DNA of 64,000 bases from an uncultured Eubacteriales bacterium (GTDB lineage: Bacteria > Actinomycetota > Coriobacteriia > Anaerosomatales > JAAXUF01), in the NCBI GenBank assembly GCA_964541225.1, contig CAZIPN010000010.1:15-64014 (forward strand). The letters run 5' to 3'. The number at the start of each line of letters is the position of its first letter. Position 1 is the stretch's first letter. A model generated the notes under the pieces. It did no database searches, was not told where the DNA came from, and saw nothing but the letters and a program-made list of their open reading frames with translations. Of the stretch, positions 10,161-19,838 are shown piece after piece. A program made the position numbers and the translations under genes.

Positions 10161-11384
10161 ATGACCTTCAGTGATCTTGGCCTCAATGATGACCTCCTCG
10201 CAGCGGTCGAGGAGCTGGGCTACGAAGAGCCAACACCTATCCAGCAGGAAGCCATCCCGCTTATCCTCGCGGGCCGCGATGTTGTCGGTGCCGCTCAGAC
10301 GGGCACGGGCAAGACTGCTGCATTCGCGCTTCCACTCATGCAGCGGCTCGGGCTCGGCAACGGGAAGCCTCTCGCGCTTGTGGTTTCGCCGACACGCGAA
10401 CTTGCCCAGCAAATCGAGAAGGTGGCGGCGGTTGTCGGCACGCACACCGGCCAACGCACGTGCATCGTCGTCGGCGGCGTGAAGTACGAGCCTCAGGTCA
10501 AGCGGCTCAAGACCGGCGTTGAGATCCTGGTTGCCACACCCGGTCGCCTGATCGACCTGCAGCAACGCGGTGACCTCGACCTCTCGGCAGTTCGCGTGCT
10601 CGTGCTCGACGAGGCCGATCGCATGCTCGACATGGGCTTCTGGCCGAGCATTCGTCGCATCTTGGCACTCCTGCCCGCCAAGCGGCAGAACCTGCTGTTC
10701 TCGGCGACGCTGTCCGAAGACATCACCAACATCGTTGGGAGGATGCTGCACGATCCTGCCTACGTTGAGATCGCCGTGCGCGGCACGACTGCCGAGGGGA
10801 TCGAGCAGGCGATCATGCCGGTCGAGCAGTCGCAGAAGCCGGAGCTGCTCGCCGGCGTGCTGCAGCGTCGCGGCGCCGATCGCGTGCTGGTATTCACGCG
10901 AACGAAGTCTCGCGCGGACATGCTCGAGACCATACTTGAGCGCATGAACATCAAAGTGGGCGTCATGCACGCCGACCGGGCTCAGAAGCAGCGACAGCGC
11001 GCGCTCGAGGACTTTCGCGCCGGCAAGATGGACGTGCTCATCGCCACCGACATCGTCGCGCGCGGGATCGACATCTCCGACATCAGCCACGTCATCAACT
11101 ACGACGTGCCCGAGAACCCCGAGGACTACGTCCACCGCATCGGCCGCACGGGTCGCGCCGGAGCAAGCGGCTACGCGCTGACGTTCGTGGGCCCGGACGA
11201 GATCGTCTCGCTGCGCGAGATCGAGTACATGCTCGGCAAGAACCTCGAAGTCGAAGATCTCGAGGGCTTCCCCTACCGAGAGGGACGCATCATCCCGTTC
11301 GAGGGGCGACCTACGAAGAAGAAGAAGCGCAGCGTCTTCGGCGGGCGCGTGAGCGGTTCGAGGCGCGGCAGCCGCAGAATCTGA
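10161..11384 (+). CDS. DEAD-box ATP-dependent RNA helicase (RhlE-like)
   Basis: Q-motif region FSDLGLNDDLLAAVEELGYEEPTPIQ, AQTGTGKT, VLDEAD, SAT, HRIGRTGRAG, basic tail. ATG 10161 is preferred over TTG 10143. Confidence 0.9.
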   Translation: MTFSDLGLNDDLLAAVEELGYEEPTPIQQEAIPLILAGRDVVGAAQTGTGKTAAFALPLMQRLGLGNGKPLALVVSPTRELAQQIEKVAAVVGTHTGQRTCIVVGGVKYEPQVKRLKTGVEILVATPGRLIDLQQRGDLDLSAVRVLVLDEADRMLDMGFWPSIRRILALLPAKRQNLLFSATLSEDITNIVGRMLHDPAYVEIAVRGTTAEGIEQAIMPVEQSQKPELLAGVLQRRGADRVLVFTRTKSRADMLETILERMNIKVGVMHADRAQKQRQRALEDFRAGKMDVLIATDIVARGIDISDISHVINYDVPENPEDYVHRIGRTGRAGASGYALTFVGPDEIVSLREIEYMLGKNLEVEDLEGFPYREGRIIPFEGRPTKKKKRSVFGGRVSGSRRGSRRI

Positions 11385-11417
11385 GCTCGTTGGGGCGACG
11401 CATCGTCGCGATGCGTC

Positions 11418-11897
11418 CTATTGCGTCTGGACGGACGTGCCGATGCCCACCGAAGCTGTGACGCGCGTCTTGGCCGGACTCCCCGCAACCGCCTCGAACT
11501 TCAGCACCGACTCGGCGCGGTTCTTCTGCAGATTCATCATCGAAGCGGTTCGCGAGACCAGCGTCCACTCCGCGCCCGAGTACACATCGAAGTACCAGCG
11601 CTGCACCGAGTTCACGTCGCCTGGCACCACAACAACGTAGTCCCACGCCGCACCACCCTGCGCCTCGCCGCGCTGCAGATCTCCCTCGGGCACGGGAACT
11701 TGCACTGGAAAGCCCGGCGCGATCTTGCCTGTCTTCTCGGCAGGTGACATCTGCGTCAGCTGCGCGGGCTGCACGGCGCCAAGCGCCACGAGCGGGGCCG
11801 GCGCTTGTGCGGCTTTGGGCGAACAACCGCCGAGCAACCCGCCCACCATGACAAGCAGGCCGACAACGACGAGTGACGCGAACGCGCGGGGATACAT
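11418..11897 (-). CDS. Putative lipoprotein, unknown function
   Basis: ATG 11897 gives MYPRAFASLVVVGLLVMVGGLLGGC (signal peptide plus lipobox). The 77 upstream codons of the track ORF look non-coding. Confidence 0.5.
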   Translation of the reverse strand: MYPRAFASLVVVGLLVMVGGLLGGCSPKAAQAPAPLVALGAVQPAQLTQMSPAEKTGKIAPGFPVQVPVPEGDLQRGEAQGGAAWDYVVVVPGDVNSVQRWYFDVYSGAEWTLVSRTASMMNLQKNRAESVLKFEAVAGSPAKTRVTASVGIGTSVQTQ

Positions 11898-11994
11898 CGG
11901 CAGATCCTTCCGAACGGTTGCGGGTTGGGTGTGGCCTCGCTTCAAGTGTCGCACACCAGGCCCATTGCCAGCTCGCGAAGGGTAGACTGGTGAC

Positions 11995-12963
11995 ATGACG
12001 TCCCTGCTGCCTGGCAACATCAGAACGCCTCGTGGCGACTTCGAGAGACTCGCCTCCAAGGCGTTTCCCAACGTGCGTCGCGCCGAGGAGCTATCCACGC
12101 TCACCGTCAACGTCGGCCTCCAGTGCAACCTTGAGTGCGAACTGTGCTACCAGGCAAGCTCGCCCGAGCGCACGGAGGTGATGTCACGCGAGGTCATGCT
12201 CGAAGTCCTGCACTTCGCATCCGACGTTCATCCCGACCTCATCGACCTCACCGGTGGCGAACCCGTACTCTGGCCCAGTCTGACCGAGTTTCTGCAGCTC
12301 GCAGTCGACATGCCAACTCGCGTCCGTGTGCGCACCAACCTCGACGCCTTGCTGCTCCCGGAAGCTGCGGGCATCGCAGGGCTTCTGGCCCGCTATGGAG
12401 TCGAAGTCTTGGCGTCTCTGCCAGAAGCTCTCGAGGGGCGCACTGTTGGGGGCTGTGTTGAGGCACTCACGATGCTCGCCAGTCTCGGCTACGGAGACGT
12501 GAACTCCGGGGCCATCCCGCTCGATCTCGCGTACAACCCGCTGCCTGGAGATCTGCCCCGCAGCGAGAAGGAACTGACCGCCGAGTTTCGCGGTGCGCTC
12601 GGCCAACATGGCGTGCACTTCGGATCACTCGTCGCGACTCCGAACGTGGCGCTCGGCAGCTTCGCGGCATGGCTTCAGGAGGCCGGCGAGTACGAGCGAT
12701 ATCGGATGGCGATCAGGTCGGCGTTCGATCCGGCCAAGCTGTCCGGACTTCCATGCCGTCACGGAGTGGCAATCGCGTGGGATGGGCGACTGTGCGATTG
12801 CGACTACAACATCGCGGCCGATATTCCGCTCGCGGAAGGCGCCCAGAACATCAGCGAGCACGCGGGCTCTCCGGTGGGTCAGATCGCTCTTTCGACCCGC
12901 CTCATCTCCTTCTCGGAACACTGCTTCGCATGCGCCGCGCACGTAGACGGCTCGAAGCGATGA
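11995..12963 (+). CDS. Radical SAM/Cys-rich protein, ArsS-like (TIGR04167 family)
   Basis: CNLECELC (CX3CX2C), DLTGGEP, RVRTNL, LGYG, AYNP and C-terminal WDGRLCDCDYN are collinear with my memory of the ArsS family. Confidence 0.7.
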   Translation: MTSLLPGNIRTPRGDFERLASKAFPNVRRAEELSTLTVNVGLQCNLECELCYQASSPERTEVMSREVMLEVLHFASDVHPDLIDLTGGEPVLWPSLTEFLQLAVDMPTRVRVRTNLDALLLPEAAGIAGLLARYGVEVLASLPEALEGRTVGGCVEALTMLASLGYGDVNSGAIPLDLAYNPLPGDLPRSEKELTAEFRGALGQHGVHFGSLVATPNVALGSFAAWLQEAGEYERYRMAIRSAFDPAKLSGLPCRHGVAIAWDGRLCDCDYNIAADIPLAEGAQNISEHAGSPVGQIALSTRLISFSEHCFACAAHVDGSKR

Positions 12964-13742
12964 CGACACCGCGCGCGACCACGACAGATTCCGTCGCCAA
13001 CGACATGCCCTCGCCCGCGCTCGTCGCCGAGGAGTTGCTGGCACGCCTCTCAGAGCATGCCAACGCCGAGAACGTCACGGGGATGGCACGGTTCGGGATC
13101 GCGTCGGCAGGCACGCTCGGCGTGTCGATGCCCATCGTGCGCTCGCTTGCGCGCGAGGGCAGGAAACGCCTCGGGCGCGACAAGGCCGCGCATCACGAGC
13201 TCGCTGGCCTGCTGTGGGTGAGCGGCATCCACGAAGCGCGCATCATGGCTGCGCTGGTGGACGAACCGTCGCTCGTGGACGAGACGCAGGCTGACTCTTG
13301 GGTCGCCAACCTGGACTCGTGGGACGTCTGCGACCAGCTGTGCATCAACCTGCTTCGGCGCTGCTCCTTCGCGTGGGCCAAAGCTGCCGAGTGGACGACG
13401 GCCGAGCCCGAGTTCGTGAAGCGTGCTGGCTTCGTGATGGGCGCGACGCTTGCCGTCCATGAGAAGGCCGCCGACGACGCGAGCTTTCTGCCGCTACTCG
13501 AGCACGCCGTCCGAGAAGCCACCGATGAGCGCAACGGCGTGAAGAAGGCAATCAACTGGCAGATTCGGCAGATCGGCAAGCGCAATGCGGTGCTGAACGC
13601 GGCTGCCATCGACGCGTGCGAACGTATTCTCGCCGAGCACCCCGACAGCGCTGCGGCGCGATGGGCTGCTCGGGGTGCGCTTCGCGAACTCAGGAGCGAA
13701 ACGGTCAAGGAGCGATTGGGGATCGAGGAACTCGGCACCTAG
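12960..13742 (+). CDS. DNA alkylation repair (AlkC/AlkD-like HEAT-repeat) family protein
   Basis: ATG 12960 overlaps the TGA of the upstream gene (ATGA). GMARFGI...LGVSMPIVRSLA, HEARIMAALV, WDVCDQLC and FVKRAGF are typical of the DNA_alkylation repeat family. The track ORF N-terminal extension (from 12669) lies inside the radical SAM gene. Confidence 0.65.
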   Translation: MTTPRATTTDSVANDMPSPALVAEELLARLSEHANAENVTGMARFGIASAGTLGVSMPIVRSLAREGRKRLGRDKAAHHELAGLLWVSGIHEARIMAALVDEPSLVDETQADSWVANLDSWDVCDQLCINLLRRCSFAWAKAAEWTTAEPEFVKRAGFVMGATLAVHEKAADDASFLPLLEHAVREATDERNGVKKAINWQIRQIGKRNAVLNAAAIDACERILAEHPDSAAARWAARGALRELRSETVKERLGIEELGT

Positions 13743-13763
13743 CGGTGGCCCTGCCCTTTCGCC

Positions 13764-14720
13764 CTACACGTCAACTCGAAGCCAGATTCCGTTGACCCGC
13801 GTCCAGTGCTGGGTGGCCTTGTTGGTATAGGATCCGCCTGGTCCCTTGCCAGCGAGAGTCCTCGTGATGGCAGCAACGTTGGGGTAGATCTTGCCGGTCG
13901 TCGGCGACACCCACCGAGGAAGCATGGTCACGTTTGACACCACAAGTGAGGTCGACGTACCCCACGCCTTCATGTCCTTCTCAAACGTCGCGAACGATTC
14001 GCGCTTGGTGACGTCCGGATGAAGGTAGGTGTACGCCGCCTTCCAGTCTTTCTGATCGAAAGCATGGTAGTAGCGCGCCAGTGTGGCCTTGGGCGTAAGG
14101 GAGAGCACCACCACGACGCTATGTCTTCCTGGGTTGAGCGCCACGGCCGTCTCAGTGGTTTCGTAGTCCTCGCCGGAGACTCTGATCGTCGTGTTCTTTG
14201 GCGGAATGCCACGGGCCACGTACTCTCCGCTCGCATCTGGAAGCACGCTCGCGCCATCAATGAGAACCGTCGGCGCCGAGACCGTGGCTGGCTGCGAGGC
14301 CGCTTCCCGCAAGGCGACGGTCAGCGAAGCATCAGGCAGCACGAGCTTCGTGTCGGTGACACTGAGGGCCTTCACGTGCAGGGTGGCCGAAAAAGGCGAG
14401 AACCCGGGAACGGCCACGGTGACGGGAACGTCGCCCAAAGGCAGATGCCGGAGTTCGAAATGCCCGGAGCTATCTGTCTTCACCGCCCTGGTGGACGTGC
14501 GAATCTCGGCGTTCGTGATCGGCGCGTTGCTGCTTGCGCCCACCAGCGTTCCGTCTGCAGTGCCCTTGATGTATCGAGGTGCAATCACCAACGCAGCGAT
14601 CACCACGACCAGCAGCAAGCCAACCAACAGGCCCCAGAACCACGCCCTCGACTTCTTGCGTTTGGGCGCGGCAGGCAAAGGAGTCTGATTTGCCGATGAC
14701 GCGTTTTCCGACTGCGACAT
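13764..14720 (-). CDS. Membrane-anchored protein with carboxypeptidase-regulatory-like beta domains
   Basis: Single N-terminal TM (WFWGLLVGLLLVVVIAALVIA), then GTLVG...TDSSGHFELRHLPLGDVPVTVAVPGF (CarboxypepD_reg-like). C-terminal part is unassigned. Confidence 0.4.
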   Translation of the reverse strand: MSQSENASSANQTPLPAAPKRKKSRAWFWGLLVGLLLVVVIAALVIAPRYIKGTADGTLVGASSNAPITNAEIRTSTRAVKTDSSGHFELRHLPLGDVPVTVAVPGFSPFSATLHVKALSVTDTKLVLPDASLTVALREAASQPATVSAPTVLIDGASVLPDASGEYVARGIPPKNTTIRVSGEDYETTETAVALNPGRHSVVVVLSLTPKATLARYYHAFDQKDWKAAYTYLHPDVTKRESFATFEKDMKAWGTSTSLVVSNVTMLPRWVSPTTGKIYPNVAAITRTLAGKGPGGSYTNKATQHWTRVNGIWLRVDV

Positions 14721-15027
14721 GTGCGCTCCCCATCCCTCTGTGATGCCTCACCATCATCCCCCAAGATGCACCACCTACGCTGAACCCCGCAAGGCGCCTG
14801 CGTTCCGGGGGTATTGGCAGCTCTTGCGCGAGTGGGGCCTAGGGGTCACGAGCCTAAGGCGCGGCACCGCCGCGGCGGACACTATGCCGTCGTACTCGCC
14901 GAGACGATCACGGCCGACAGCCTGAAGGCCGGTAGTCGTTGCAGAGCGACGCTGTGAAGGCGAGACTGCAACCAGGCCAGTCGCCGAGGCGAGCCAACGC
15001 CAGCTTGCGCACAAGCGGAGGTGAGGG

Positions 15028-15714
15028 GTGCCCACATACGTTCTGGTCCACGGCGGCAGGCTCTCCGGAAGCGCTTGGAACGCCATGGTGGGCAGAAGCG
15101 ACTTCGAACCCGGGACTCAGCTGGGCGGAGAAGTCTGGGGCCTCGTCACGCCGATTCTCGAAGCGCACGGCAACCAGGTCCTTGCGCCCGATCTAGGCGA
15201 CGAGCACACCAACAACCTTACGGACCACATTCGACACGTCCGCAGCGTGATCGAGAGCGAGAACGCCGAGCACGTCGTCCTCGTTGGACACAGCTACGGG
15301 GGCATGGTCATCACCGGACTCGCAGCCCAGCTCGCCGAGAAGATCGGGCACCTCGTGTACGTGGACGCCGCCCTCCCGAACCCCGGCGAATCGCTCTTCG
15401 ACGTCATCTCCGCTTCAGGCCGAGACCCGCTGTCGTTTTCGGGCTTGGAGCCTGCGGCCGCCTACGTCGAGAAGCTCGAGTTCGATCCGGGGCTCCTCTC
15501 GCGACTGCACAAGACCTACATCGCCTGTACGAAGAGTGACTTCTCGTGTGTGACGAGTGTGATGCGCGGAAGGATCGCGAGCGACCCTTCCGGCTGGGCC
15601 TGCAGCGAGCTGCCTACGTCCCATTTCGCGATGGTCTCTATGCCCCAACAACTCGCCGAGATCCTGCGAAGCACCGGAGATTCCGGCGAAAGTGCTGGCG
15701 TCGCCAACTCCTAG
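15028..15714 (+). CDS. Alpha/beta hydrolase (esterase-like)
   Basis: GTG after GGAGGTGA. YVLVHGG and nucleophile elbow VLVGHSYGG. Confidence 0.75.
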   Translation: MPTYVLVHGGRLSGSAWNAMVGRSDFEPGTQLGGEVWGLVTPILEAHGNQVLAPDLGDEHTNNLTDHIRHVRSVIESENAEHVVLVGHSYGGMVITGLAAQLAEKIGHLVYVDAALPNPGESLFDVISASGRDPLSFSGLEPAAAYVEKLEFDPGLLSRLHKTYIACTKSDFSCVTSVMRGRIASDPSGWACSELPTSHFAMVSMPQQLAEILRSTGDSGESAGVANS

Positions 15715-15782
15715 GCAGCGGCCACTTCGATCCGGTCCCGTCCAGCTTCTTTGGCCATGTGCGGTGCTCGGCAGGAAGTCCC

Positions 15783-18299
15783 CTACTCGTAGTGGAGCGC
15801 CGCCACGATGTCGAGCTTGGCAGCCGTGCGTGCCGGAATGATTGCCGCGAGCAGGGCGAAGCTGAAACCAGCTACCACGGCCACCACAACACCGCCCGTC
15901 GGGAAGTAGTACGGCATCACGAACAGTGTGGCGTTGAGCGCATACACCAGCGAGTAGCCGAGCACGATGCCTCCCGCAACGCCAAACGCCACGCCGACTG
16001 CCGCGAGCAGCAGCGCCTCAACAACCACCATGGCGCGAATCTGGCCGCGTGTCGTGCCAACCGCCCTCAGCATGCCGATCTCTCGCGTGCGCGCCAGGAC
16101 GCTGATCGCAAGCGTATTGAGCAGCGCGAGCAGTGTGGGCAACGCGAACATGCCGATCAGGAAATCGAAGATCACAAACGTCTGGGAGAACAGCTGCGTC
16201 TGAGTGGCCTTGAAGCTCGCCGAGTCGTACAGCACGAACTGGGGGTAGTTCGCGGCAAGCCTGCCGAGCGCCGCTTTCACCGCCGGCTTCGCGGCACCGG
16301 GCTTGGCGTCGGCGAGCACAAGCACGTTGGTCGTGACGTTGAAGTCCTTCTCGAGGTTCTTCTGTGAGATGTAGATGGTGGAGAGCTTCGCATTAAGGTA
16401 GTCCGTGGCCACTCCGACGACGGTGTAGTCCTCGGTACCGTTCGGCGTGTCCAACGGCACGGTCTGGCCCACCGACAGGCCCTGCTGACCAGAGGTGATG
16501 CTGTTGACAAGCATGGTGCGCCCCGAACCCAGCTTCGCGACGTCTTGCAACCCCGAACCTTGCGAAAACGTGAACGAGGCCACCTTCGGGTAGGCGACCG
16601 GATCGATGCCAACCACTTGCACCTGACTCTTGGCAAGCTGCGCTTGGCCGAGTCGAAGCGTGGCGACGTCGCCTACCCCGGGGGTGTCGGCGATCTGCTG
16701 AACGAACGTCTGGTCCGCACCCACATGCGAACCACCGATAATCAGGCCGTTTGGGATGAAGACGAAATCCGAGCCAAGCGACTTGTTGATGTAGTTGAAG
16801 AAGCCGGCGTAGATCGACGTGACCACTCCGAGGATGGCAACTACAAGCGCGAGCGAGACAAGGATGGCGGCGGCCGTCGCGGCGGCGCGTCCAGGCTGCC
16901 GAGTAACGTTGGAGCTGGAGAGGTCCGCCGTGGCAGGCGAGATCGGCCTGACGAGCAGAGAAAGGGCTGAGGCGAGCGGCTTGATGAGTGCCGGCGCCAC
17001 GAGGACGAGTCCCGCGAGCACAACAAACGCAGCGGTGCCGACGAGCGAGATGTTGCCCGAGACCAGCATCGGCACCGAGGCGATCAGCAGCGCCCACCCA
17101 ACGTAGACCCAGCGGCTGCGCTGGCGTTCCTCCACCTCGGCGATTTGAGGACGCAGTGCCTCAAGCGGCGTGATACGCGCCGCCTGTCGGGCGGGAAGCA
17201 CCGCACTGAGCACCGTCACGCCGATGCCGAGAACGATCGCCGCGACCCAGGTACCGGGAGTGTAGCTCGGGGAGATCGTCGCGCTGATGTGCAGAATGCT
17301 CTTGAGAAACGGCGTGTACCAGGTAAGCGCGAGCAGCGTGAGCACGTAGCCCGCTGCGATGCCCGCCGCGGTTCCAAGAACGCCCTGCATGACGCTTTGG
17401 GCCAGAAAGATGCCGAGGATCGTGCGCCGATCGGCACCGATCGCACGCAGCATGCCGATATCGTGGCGTCGCTCGGCGACCAGCGTGTGGAATGTGTTGA
17501 GGATGATGAAGCCGCCCATGATCAGCGCGAAGACGCCGAAGAACGTGAACATGTAGTTGGCCGTCTGAACGGACGCGAGCAGGGAGCTCTCGTTGGACAA
17601 GCCGCCCACGGTGTAGTCGCTGCCGAGTTTGCGGCTGACAGCCGCCTCCACGTTGGCCCGGTCCACCCCCGTATCGAACCGCGCTTCGACGGTGCTGATG
17701 TTGTTGCCGACCCCCAGCGCGAACTGGGCGTCGGCCAGCGTCATGTATACCTCAGGCGCGGAAGGCGACGAGCCGTTGGCAAGCAGGCCGACAATCGCGT
17801 AGTCCCGCGTCCCACCAACGGTCGGAATCGTGATCTTCGACCCGACCCGCAGATGAAGCGTCTGCGCCGTGTCGGAGCCGATGACGACCTCGCCCGAATC
17901 GCCCTCGTTGAGAAGGCGCCCGGTCGAGAGATTGAACGTGTGGACCTGGGGTGCGCTCCTCGGGTCAACCCCGACGAGGGTCACCACACCAAGGGCACTG
18001 CCGTTCGGCATCCCAACTGAGCGACGCAACGACGGCGTCACGACAGCGATGCCGGGTACGCTTGCGACCTCATCGGCGACCGATGGGGCGAAGTTGCCGC
18101 CGCTCGCGCTCGAAACGGTGAGGTCAACCTGTCCTGCGGCCGCGAACAAGATGTTGTTGAAGACGCTCTGGAGGCCCGGCATCATGCCGTTGAGGCCGAA
18201 GATCAGCGCGACGCCGAGCGTGATTGCCAGCGTGGTCAGGACGGTCCGGCCTGGTCGGCCGATCAGATAGCGCCAGGCCAATGTCGCCGAGACGTTCAC
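15783..18299 (-). CDS. ABC transporter permease, duplicated FtsX/MacB-type
   Basis: 838 aa with two FtsX-like halves, each with a large extracytoplasmic loop. GTGA overlap with the upstream ATPase gene at 18296-18299. Confidence 0.85.
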   Translation of the reverse strand: MNVSATLAWRYLIGRPGRTVLTTLAITLGVALIFGLNGMMPGLQSVFNNILFAAAGQVDLTVSSASGGNFAPSVADEVASVPGIAVVTPSLRRSVGMPNGSALGVVTLVGVDPRSAPQVHTFNLSTGRLLNEGDSGEVVIGSDTAQTLHLRVGSKITIPTVGGTRDYAIVGLLANGSSPSAPEVYMTLADAQFALGVGNNISTVEARFDTGVDRANVEAAVSRKLGSDYTVGGLSNESSLLASVQTANYMFTFFGVFALIMGGFIILNTFHTLVAERRHDIGMLRAIGADRRTILGIFLAQSVMQGVLGTAAGIAAGYVLTLLALTWYTPFLKSILHISATISPSYTPGTWVAAIVLGIGVTVLSAVLPARQAARITPLEALRPQIAEVEERQRSRWVYVGWALLIASVPMLVSGNISLVGTAAFVVLAGLVLVAPALIKPLASALSLLVRPISPATADLSSSNVTRQPGRAAATAAAILVSLALVVAILGVVTSIYAGFFNYINKSLGSDFVFIPNGLIIGGSHVGADQTFVQQIADTPGVGDVATLRLGQAQLAKSQVQVVGIDPVAYPKVASFTFSQGSGLQDVAKLGSGRTMLVNSITSGQQGLSVGQTVPLDTPNGTEDYTVVGVATDYLNAKLSTIYISQKNLEKDFNVTTNVLVLADAKPGAAKPAVKAALGRLAANYPQFVLYDSASFKATQTQLFSQTFVIFDFLIGMFALPTLLALLNTLAISVLARTREIGMLRAVGTTRGQIRAMVVVEALLLAAVGVAFGVAGGIVLGYSLVYALNATLFVMPYYFPTGGVVVAVVAGFSFALLAAIIPARTAAKLDIVAALHYE

Positions 18300-19036
18300 A
18301 GCAAGCCGGCCTTCTCCATCGCCTCGCGCGCGGTCGTCATGAGATCGCCACCGTCGAGAGTGACGTCGTCAACGATCCTTCCGTCGCGCATGAAGACGAT
18401 CCTGCGAGCGTGCGCCGCGATGTGCGGATCGTGCGTCACCATCACGACCGCCCGGCCCCACTCGTCGGCGGCGTGCTTGAGCAGCTCGGCGATCTCGTCG
18501 GCGCTCTTCGTGTCGAGGTTGCCTGTCGGTTCGTCGGCAAGCATGAGCGCGGGCTCGGTCACGAGCGCCCGGGCTACGGCCACGCGCTGCTGCTGTCCGC
18601 CGGAGAGCTGGTCGGGTCGGCTGTTGCCCTTGCCGATGAGGCCGACCTTCTCGATCCACTCGGCGGCTTTGGCCTTCGCAGCGGCTTGGGCCATCCCGTC
18701 CAGCGTGAGCGGCAGCGCGGCGTTCTCGACGACCGTGAGCACCGGGATGAGGTTGAAGAACTGGAAGACGAATCCGAGGTGGCGCCGACGCAGCCTTGTG
18801 ACCTCGGAGTCGCTCATCGTGGCGATGTCGACATCATCGATGAGCACCTGACCACTCGTAGGCTTGTCGAGTCCGCCAACGAGGTTGAGCAGCGTGGACT
18901 TGCCACAGCCGCTCGGCCCCATGACCGCGACAAACTCGCCCTTCTCGACGCTGAGATCTACGTGGTCGAGCGCTGTGACAGCTGTCTCGCCGCTCCCGTA
19001 CACCTTCGTAAGGCCGCGCACTTCGACGATCGACAT
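18296..19036 (-). CDS. ABC transporter ATP-binding protein (MacB/LolD-type)
   Basis: GPSGCGKSTLLN, LSGGQQQRVAVARAL, LMLADEPTGNLD. Confidence 0.9.
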   Translation of the reverse strand: MSIVEVRGLTKVYGSGETAVTALDHVDLSVEKGEFVAVMGPSGCGKSTLLNLVGGLDKPTSGQVLIDDVDIATMSDSEVTRLRRRHLGFVFQFFNLIPVLTVVENAALPLTLDGMAQAAAKAKAAEWIEKVGLIGKGNSRPDQLSGGQQQRVAVARALVTEPALMLADEPTGNLDTKSADEIAELLKHAADEWGRAVVMVTHDPHIAAHARRIVFMRDGRIVDDVTLDGGDLMTTAREAMEKAGLL

Positions 19037-19049
19037 CGAGCGTCCCCCT

Positions 19050-19733
19050 TCAGTTCCCGCCGAGAACCGCGCGCAGGGAAGCTTCTACCTTCATGTCCAA
19101 GCTGCCCTCGGCCAATCCAAGCAGGCGTTCCTCGGCAAGCTCGAGAGCCTGATACATGGCGATCACCGTGTCGATCCTGCGCGGGTCGTCCTGTGCCACG
19201 AAGAACTGCCGAGACACCCGGATGCCGTAGTCGAACCACAGCGACAGCCAAAGCTCGGTAGTGCCCGCGGCTTCGGGCACGTCAAACGTCCCTTCGGCGC
19301 GGCCCTGCTCGATGATCTCGAAGATGAGCGGACGCATGCGGCCGATCCAGCCCTCGATGAGATGGCTGAGCAGCGCGGCGTTTTCCGGCGTGAACAGCGG
19401 TCGCGTGAGCATGAGCGTCTCATCCATGCGACCGAGCTTGGCCTGGCTCGTCACCCGCATGAGCGCACGGAGCCGATCGAGCGCCGAGCCCTCGGTCTTG
19501 GCCAGCGCGTCTTCCGCCACGACGAACAGGTCATCGGCGAAGCGCTGAACGAGGTGTTCGAGCAGGTCGGACTTCGTGGTGAAGTAGTGATAGAAGGTGC
19601 CCTTCGCGACACCAACGGCCGACGTGATCTGCTCGACCGAGGTGCGCTCGTAGCCATGCCCGAGGAAGAGCGTCAGAGCGGTATCCAGCAGTTCGTCGCG
19701 ACGAACCTCGGCATCCTTCACGATGCGGACCAT
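19050..19733 (-). CDS. TetR family transcriptional regulator
   Basis: N-terminal HTH TSVEQITSAVGVAKGTFYHYF. First gene of the ABC exporter operon. Confidence 0.85.
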   Translation of the reverse strand: MVRIVKDAEVRRDELLDTALTLFLGHGYERTSVEQITSAVGVAKGTFYHYFTTKSDLLEHLVQRFADDLFVVAEDALAKTEGSALDRLRALMRVTSQAKLGRMDETLMLTRPLFTPENAALLSHLIEGWIGRMRPLIFEIIEQGRAEGTFDVPEAAGTTELWLSLWFDYGIRVSRQFFVAQDDPRRIDTVIAMYQALELAEERLLGLAEGSLDMKVEASLRAVLGGN

Positions 19734-19774
19734 GACGACCTTCGACCTCCAGCCCTGACCAGCCTGTACGTGCC

Positions 19775-19791
19775 ACTGACCGACCGTCAGT
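19775..19791 (-). promoter_or_regulatory. Candidate TetR operator: ACTGAC-N5-GTCAGT
   Basis: Perfect 6-bp inverted repeat with a 5-nt spacer, about 45 nt upstream of the TetR start codon (19733). Confidence 0.4.
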
Positions 19792-19838
19792 CAGTATCTT
19801 CCCCTACGAACCATCCGGTCAAGCGCGGCTCGCCGACC

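Noticed and set aside
12669-12959. Long N-terminal extensions of track ORFs. Examples are 12669 for the AlkD-like gene, 21679 for the membrane protein, 57597 for the deacetylase, 44097 for the lyase, 34290 for typA and 59606 for DUF2229-like B.
   Set aside because: The extensions overlap neighbouring genes or are Arg-rich nonsense. Internal starts with SD sequences, signal peptides or 4-nt overlaps with upstream stops give family-typical N-termini.
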